Assembly: GCA_038893835.1 (NCBI GenBank)
Contig: JAWAQR010000028.1
Location: 1-11,024 of the forward strand
Origin: Archaeoglobaceae archaeon
GTDB lineage: Archaea; Halobacteriota; Archaeoglobi; Archaeoglobales; Archaeoglobaceae
DNA: 11,024 nt
Reading direction: 5' to 3'
Within the stretch, counting starts at the first letter, position 1, and the number at the start of each line of letters is the position of its first letter. The position numbers and the translations under genes were made by a program. The notes below the pieces were generated by a model. That model was given only the letters and a program-made list of their open reading frames with translations. It was not told the DNA's origin and did not search any database. Shown here one piece after another: positions 5,651 to 11,024 of this stretch.

Positions 5651-7157
5651 ATATCGATCTATTGAAGATATTTGGAAACACGATTTCTATCGTGTTCTTG
5701 TCCAGAACCCTTATTTCTCCATTGTATTTCTCCACGAGCTTTTTCACAATGTAAAGCCCGATTCCACTACCACCTTCTGTGTAAATTTCCCTGAAAGCTT
5801 TCTTCATCGCAGTTTCGGAGAAACCTTTACCATTGTCTCGAAACAGAACCCTTATATTTTCGCCTTTTTCAATCTCTATAGTAACTTTGCTCGCTTTTCC
5901 ATGTTTTATCGAGTTTTCTATTAGATTGTTGAAAACAAAAAACAGACCATCATCTGCTAATAGTTCTGCGTCTCCCTTTAGCTCAATCTCGATTGGAAAA
6001 GATTTTTTAACATTTTCGATCACTTCTTTGAGCTGAACCTTCTTCAATTCAGAATTTTCAAGCTCTTTTTCTACTCTCAGCAATTCAACACCTTTTTCTA
6101 TCTGCAACATTGCCTTTTTAAGATATTCCGGATCCTTCTCGACCTCATAAACTTCTATAAAGCCTTTTATGGCTGTGAGAATGTTCAGGATATCGTGTCT
6201 AAGCGTTTTTGTGAGTAATTTTATCCTTTCTTCGTATTCCGTGATCTTAAATAAAAATTCGTTGATAGCTTTTGAAAGCGCTCTGATCTCTTCAGTTCCG
6301 TTGAGCTCGATCTTTTCTCCTGGCTTTGCAGATTTGACGAATTTTTCAAGCTTTGAGATTTTTGAGACAACTTCTCTGTCTAATAAAAAAATCGTCGAAG
6401 CCGAGAACGCGAGAATTATTGCTATGAAGGAAAAGAAAGAGAGTAGAATATTTCTTAAATGCTCCGGATAATATGGGTTCTCGGACTCAATAACAAAGAT
6501 CGTATCTTGTCCAAAGATGTCTTTTAGCGCAATTTCTGCAATTGATTTTTCCGAGTTTTGGTGCTTAGCGTCGATGAAGATTTTTGCGTTCAAAACTTCC
6601 GAAACCTCATAAAACCAATCATCGCCTAAAATCCTCCCCATTGTGAGGTATCCTCTGCTCTCAGTGAAATCGCTTGGTGAAGAGGGGAGAATTGGTTTTG
6701 ACGACAATAAAATTATTTCGCCATCGAGTTTCAGAAAACCAGTTTTTCCTCGAATCTCCGGATAAAGGAAAATCTCAGGTAACTCTTTTTCGTTCCAATT
6801 ACTGTCATAGAACTTTGAAAACACGACCTCATCATTTTTATTTATGAAGAGAATCATATTTATTTTTGCATCAATAAACGTGCTTTCGACCAAATTTGAG
6901 GCTATATATCTTTCGTTTCGATCTTCTATGAACTCATAGGTATCATCCCAGAACGCCCAATCTATACAAAGAATTTCAAGGCTTTTTAGCTCTGAATAGA
7001 AAATTTTCTGGAAGGCATCAGACTTCTCCTTCGCATATTTCATCGAAAACGATTCCAACGAGCTCTTTTCAATCGCTATAACTATGAACGTTAGCGTGAG
7101 AAGTAAGATTAGCGAGATTGAAATCACTGTCAAGAGAACCTTTTCCCTTGTCTTCAC
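5649..7157 (-). CDS. Membrane sensor histidine kinase (TM-CHASE4-TM-HAMP-HisKA-HATPase_c)
   Basis: N-terminal TM; CHASE4 signature DWAFWDDTYEFI and GYLTMGR; second TM; HAMP-like EEIRALSKAINE; H-box LRHDILN; N-box NNLIENSIKHG; G1 DNGKGF; G2 GSGIGL. GTG start. Confidence 0.93.
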   Translation of the reverse strand: MKTREKVLLTVISISLILLLTLTFIVIAIEKSSLESFSMKYAKEKSDAFQKIFYSELKSLEILCIDWAFWDDTYEFIEDRNERYIASNLVESTFIDAKINMILFINKNDEVVFSKFYDSNWNEKELPEIFLYPEIRGKTGFLKLDGEIILLSSKPILPSSPSDFTESRGYLTMGRILGDDWFYEVSEVLNAKIFIDAKHQNSEKSIAEIALKDIFGQDTIFVIESENPYYPEHLRNILLSFFSFIAIILAFSASTIFLLDREVVSKISKLEKFVKSAKPGEKIELNGTEEIRALSKAINEFLFKITEYEERIKLLTKTLRHDILNILTAIKGFIEVYEVEKDPEYLKKAMLQIEKGVELLRVEKELENSELKKVQLKEVIENVKKSFPIEIELKGDAELLADDGLFFVFNNLIENSIKHGKASKVTIEIEKGENIRVLFRDNGKGFSETAMKKAFREIYTEGGSGIGLYIVKKLVEKYNGEIRVLDKNTIEIVFPNIFNRSI

Positions 7158-7534
7158 AAAAATGGTTATAGAAAAAAGCTTTAAAATCTTTCTTCATTGA
7201 ATTCCCTTAGGTGTTTCAATTTTGAAAGTTCACACTGATAGACTTTGTAGCGGATAAAGCAGTCACCGCGCTGATATTCGAGGATATAAACAGAATCGAT
7301 CGCTAAACTTCACATGTATTCCGCTCGTAACTCTGAGTCCTAAAAGGAGTGGCTATTCTTTAGGATCTTTTGAGACCTTTGAAATTTTTGGTTCAGTTGG
7401 GTCTGAAGCTGCGAAACTTCTAAGCTCGATATTTAGCCGAGGGAACGATGGTTATAATTAACTGTCCGACACTTTAGCATTGGCGTGTATTTCTATCACT
7501 CCTTTCCACCGAAATTTCCACAGCTGCATATCAT

Positions 7535-7577
7535 CAAAAATTTTATATATATGTGATTTGCAAGAACATAGGGTGAT
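7535..7577 (+). promoter_or_regulatory. Pilin promoter (BRE + TATA) and RBS
   Basis: CAAAAA followed by TTTTATATAT (7541..7550); GGGTGAT at 7571..7577, just before ATG 7581. Confidence 0.7.
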
Positions 7578-7580
7578 GTC

Positions 7581-7976
7581 ATGAAAATGGATGAGAAAGG
7601 TGTATCGCCAGTGATCGGCGTGATACTGATGGTTGCAATAACAGTGATTCTAGCAGCTGTAATAGCGAGCTACGTATATGGCTTGGCAGGGACTGTGAAA
7701 AAGACGTACAACGTGGCTTTTGTAGTCACTTCGGTCAGTAGTAATGAAGTTACAGTGAAATACATGGGAGGGCCAGATCACGCCTATGTAGATAAATGTT
7801 GGGCACTTGTAGATGGGGATAAAAAGAATGATGTCACTACAACAGCAATTGGCGCTATATCCTCAGTAAGTCACGATAAGCCAGGTCAATCCTTTGACTT
7901 TGCGATCACATGCAGATTCCGAGATGGATCTGAGCAAGTCGTACTTAGCACTCGCTTGATAGCACCGAGTACTTAA
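7581..7976 (+). CDS. Archaeal type IV pilin (Pilin_N/DUF1628 family)
   Basis: Class III signal peptide DEKG|VSPVIGVILMVAITVILAAVIASYV, followed by a beta-rich globular domain with two Cys. The start could be ATG 7581 or 7587. Confidence 0.93.
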   Translation: MKMDEKGVSPVIGVILMVAITVILAAVIASYVYGLAGTVKKTYNVAFVVTSVSSNEVTVKYMGGPDHAYVDKCWALVDGDKKNDVTTTAIGAISSVSHDKPGQSFDFAITCRFRDGSEQVVLSTRLIAPST

Positions 7977-8001
7977 AGGGGCTTAACAAGAATAAAATTT
8001 T

Positions 8002-10185
8002 TTAATTATTTTTTACATCTATCAAAAACAAAGCAATTCCCAGCTCTCTTGGATCCCCTTTATCTTCGAGAAGCATTGGACTCGTTGCGTTCGGAATTCT
8101 TATTCTTAGGCACTGAAAATCCTTTTCTAAAACCGGTATCGAAATCTTTATGCTTTCTGTTGAGTTAAAAGAGAACTCTGCGAGCAAAATTGAATTTTTG
8201 CAGTCCTCAAACTTAACTTCAGCTGTCCTTAAATTTGCTCCATATGGCATGATCTCAAGAATTGCCATGCATTCATTTTGATGGCAGTATTCTGGTATTG
8301 CAATGCTCAAAACAGCATTTCCGCTTGACCAAACGTGATCTTTTTCGAAGTAATACCAGCCCTCCTTTAGTGCAATCAGTATAGCAGGAGATCTCTCTGA
8401 AACTCTCGCTGGATACTTTAGAACCTCCATGAAATCACCCTTTCTGTAGAGCCATGGGACATATGGAAACCAGATCTTGTATTCCATGTTGTTGTATTCA
8501 AGCAAAACTCTTAAAGGCGTAATCTCTATTGGATAAACCTTGTAACCCTTTTCAACGAGTTCTCTATCGAATGTGAAGAACAGGCAGTCAGAGTTGGAAT
8601 AATACCAGTCCTCAAAACTCATTCTGCGAACCTTGTAGTCATAAAGGACAAAACCTAAATCGTTGTAAAAGAACTTCCCCCACATTGTTTTTAAGTCCGA
8701 GGAGTTGAAAGCGACGCAAGTCCCGGGAGGGTATTTTTCTCTAATGCTGAAAGCGGGTGACCACGTTTTTACAACATCTCTGGATTCATCCACATGGTAA
8801 CCTACATGCGAGAATATAGCAAAAAGAAAAATAGCAATCGCTACCAAACCTCCCATCTTTCTAATTCTCGCCGGCAAAATTCCGGTCAATATTATAGGAA
8901 TCAAGCCGAGAATAGCCCAGATAAAAATCGCATCTCTCTCTTTAATAGCGTATAAAGGCCAGAATCCGGAAATCTGGATAAATGCTATTTCAAGGGTGTA
9001 TTTCTTCATGCTAAGAGTCAGAAGGAAGGTGCAAAACACAACCATCAAAATTGCCAGAAATAGTGGTTTTCTGCCTTTTGATGTGAAGAACTCGAAGAAA
9101 CCTATCATGAGGATCGGTGGAAGAACTCCTTCAACGTATCTTCCATGGAGCCAGTAATCGAGTCTTGGGCTTGTAGTTGTGTGGAAGTATGCACTCAGCA
9201 ACAACATCAGAATAAATGACAAGCCGAGAAATAGATAAAATGCCCTGAGTTCTTCGGAACTTTTTAAATTTTTTAATAAAAAGCAGAAAGAAAACCAGAT
9301 TATTCCGATCGTGCTCACGGTATGATAGAAGACTTGCCCGGCTAGATGCGATATGAAATTGAGCGTATAGTCAACGGAGCTGAACTTCTTAAGAGAAGAG
9401 GTAAAAAATGTTATCTCATCAGGATATCTCGCAAGAAGTCCTGAAGGATACCTTGCAATTCCACCTGAATCCGATGGGAGCATGATGCCGTTCAGCCAAG
9501 GTGTAAATACGAATTTATAAAGTAAAATCATGCTCGTTGCGATGACAAAGAAGAGCAAAAATTCGGCATAGTATCTTTTTTTGACAAGGATGTAAAATGA
9601 TGCAACGATCAAGGAAACAAAAACCATGGCTCCAGTTGGATGTATCCAGTATAGATATCCTGTAAGCAAACCCAAAATTGGCCAAAAAAGCCGATTTCCC
9701 TTGCAGACTTTGATAAATGTCAGAGCGATTGCGAGATAAAATGGTAGAAAAGCCATATGCGCAAATGCATATCCAACCATTAATACCCACATTGGATATA
9801 GAGAAACGGCCAAGACTGTAAGGAACTGAAGATTTTTATCCGAGTTTTGGAAAATTTCCTTGGCAAGTAGCCACATAAAAATAACGAGCATAAAAAATAG
9901 AATAGCATTGATAACCTTAACCCCAAGCCATATTTCTAAAGGAGATTTAGCAAATTTGAACGCTGGAGAGATTAAAATCGGATACCCAGCATGAGCTTCA
10001 TTTGCCATGTCGTTTGGATAACCCGCAATAGCAGAAGCCTTTGAGAGATAATACATCTCATCGTTGTGGATTATTGGTGAAGCGACTTGATAGTTGATTG
10101 TAAAGACTGCAAAAGTCAGAAGAAGGCTAATAAGAATATACAGACTTCTCGTTGACCAGATCGATTTCATGTATTGGACTGGCAT
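8002..10185 (-). CDS. Multi-pass membrane protein, probable GT-C-fold glycosyltransferase (PMT/ArnT-like) with a C-terminal extracellular domain
   Basis: 727 aa with about a dozen hydrophobic segments. DE motif after TM1 (IIHNDEMYY), GYPILISP, IHPTG and GRY motifs. The soluble C-terminal region contains GWY..E....WS and DPRELGI. Confidence 0.7.
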   Translation of the reverse strand: MPVQYMKSIWSTRSLYILISLLLTFAVFTINYQVASPIIHNDEMYYLSKASAIAGYPNDMANEAHAGYPILISPAFKFAKSPLEIWLGVKVINAILFFMLVIFMWLLAKEIFQNSDKNLQFLTVLAVSLYPMWVLMVGYAFAHMAFLPFYLAIALTFIKVCKGNRLFWPILGLLTGYLYWIHPTGAMVFVSLIVASFYILVKKRYYAEFLLFFVIATSMILLYKFVFTPWLNGIMLPSDSGGIARYPSGLLARYPDEITFFTSSLKKFSSVDYTLNFISHLAGQVFYHTVSTIGIIWFSFCFLLKNLKSSEELRAFYLFLGLSFILMLLLSAYFHTTTSPRLDYWLHGRYVEGVLPPILMIGFFEFFTSKGRKPLFLAILMVVFCTFLLTLSMKKYTLEIAFIQISGFWPLYAIKERDAIFIWAILGLIPIILTGILPARIRKMGGLVAIAIFLFAIFSHVGYHVDESRDVVKTWSPAFSIREKYPPGTCVAFNSSDLKTMWGKFFYNDLGFVLYDYKVRRMSFEDWYYSNSDCLFFTFDRELVEKGYKVYPIEITPLRVLLEYNNMEYKIWFPYVPWLYRKGDFMEVLKYPARVSERSPAILIALKEGWYYFEKDHVWSSGNAVLSIAIPEYCHQNECMAILEIMPYGANLRTAEVKFEDCKNSILLAEFSFNSTESIKISIPVLEKDFQCLRIRIPNATSPMLLEDKGDPRELGIALFLIDVKNN

Positions 10186-10459
10186 TCGAGAATTTTTAAA
10201 CTTTTTATTTTAAAACGTTGAGCTTTTCAAAGGGCTCCACGTGAAAAAAGCTACTTCAGCCATACGACATCAATACGATTTTTGATTGTTTGATCTCAAG
10301 TTGAAGAGGTAGTTTATATCCTTATAAAGGAAAAAGCCCGAGAAATCACTAAGATGGATATCATCATTGTTTGTAACTCTTAGTTATAAGACTCGATTCG
10401 AGTTGCAGCATTAGTGAAAAATGTAAACTATTAATTAAATAAATTAAAAAATATAAGCT

Positions 10460-11024
10460 TTATTTCCTCTTCATTCCTATATAGAACAATATTACAGCTA
10501 AAGCGACTATTATTATTGCGATCAGTGGAGTTGTTGAAGTTTCAAAGCTCTGCAATGACTTTTCAGTTACTTCCATCTTGTAACCCGCAACTTCCTCGCT
10601 CTTCTCTTTTTGTTCAACTTTCGGAGTTAACTGCTCAAATCCAACGCCAGCGGTTTGGTTTCCGCTCTGTGAAGTTGTTGGTGTAACTGTTTGGACTGTC
10701 GAAATCACCCTTCCACCACCCGAGCTTCTATACCTCGGTTTTTGCTCGACGACTTCCTTCTTTTCTTCTTTTGTCTCCTTTTGCTCGATCAGCGAACTGA
10801 GGATTCCGGCTTTAAAATCGAGCAGTTCTATGTTCCCGCAGGTGTGATGGCAACAAGTGAAGCCGTATTCTTTCTGAAGTCTGTCCAATTCCTTTGCGAG
10901 CTGAACTTTAACTTCTTCGGGAGCTTTCCAGTAATCCTTCCTTATCGCTTCAAGCATTCTCGCAACTATGGACTGCAAGGCATAAGGATTGTTCTTTTCA
11001 AAGAATTCTTTCAGCCCGAGATCA
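10460..11024 (-). CDS. CobN/Mg-chelatase-family protein, 3' end, with a C-terminal membrane anchor (gene begins beyond the window)
   Basis: The frame is open from the window edge: DLGLKEFFEKNNPYALQSIVARMLEAIRKDYW is the CobN/ChlH C-terminal motif (NP.A...I..R.LEA..R..W). It is followed by CCHHTCGN, an E/K- and S/T/G-rich linker, a TM helix and KRK. The listed start at 10978 is an internal TTG. Confidence 0.88.
   Translation of the reverse strand, partial: DLGLKEFFEKNNPYALQSIVARMLEAIRKDYWKAPEEVKVQLAKELDRLQKEYGFTCCHHTCGNIELLDFKAGILSSLIEQKETKEEKKEVVEQKPRYRSSGGGRVISTVQTVTPTTSQSGNQTAGVGFEQLTPKVEQKEKSEEVAGYKMEVTEKSLQSFETSTTPLIAIIIVALAVILFYIGMKRK

Noticed and set aside
3652-6471. Multiple short ORFs antisense to cooS and the kinase (e.g. 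4879..5313, 5595..5924, 6169..6471)
   Set aside because: They are fully nested opposite long motif-bearing genes and have the S/F/I-rich composition typical of antisense frames.
7581-7976. Archaellin (flagellin)
   Set aside because: The N-terminus matches the VSPVIGVILMVAITV pilin type rather than the archaellin GIGTLIVFIA type. The protein is short, and no arl genes are nearby.
9515-9790. 91-aa alternate-frame ORF
   Set aside because: It is nested within the 727-aa membrane protein gene with no independent support.
10460-10560. PGF-CTERM/PEF-CTERM archaeosortase signal
   Set aside because: A TM helix and basic tail are present, but no PGF/PEF/VPxxxP motif precedes them; it is treated as a plain C-terminal anchor.

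Overview
Archaeal chromosomal window; the gene set, GGTGA RBS, BRE/TATA promoters and K/E-rich proteins suggest a thermophilic euryarchaeon, possibly Archaeoglobi (inference). From left to right: (1) a tandem VapBC toxin-antitoxin array, made of the 3' end of one vapC, one complete AF2212/DUF104-like antitoxin + PIN toxin pair, and a third promoter + antitoxin copy split by a ~230 bp insert flanked by a short direct repeat; (2) a ferredoxin/[2Fe-2S]/radical SAM fusion gene, converging on a heavily frameshifted second radical SAM pseudogene; (3) an HTH_10 (Bat-type) regulator directly upstream of a non-canonical CooS-family protein (Glu in place of a C-cluster Cys, Tyr in place of the catalytic His, CxxC D-cluster; CooS-V-like, probably not a CO oxidiser); (4) a CHASE4-HAMP sensor histidine kinase with no adjacent regulator; (5) an archaeal type IV pilin converging on a GT-C-like membrane glycosyltransferase; (6) the 3' end of a membrane-anchored CobN-like chelatase. 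I found no RNA genes, CRISPR array or intact transposase. All family assignments come from motif recognition by eye, not database searches.
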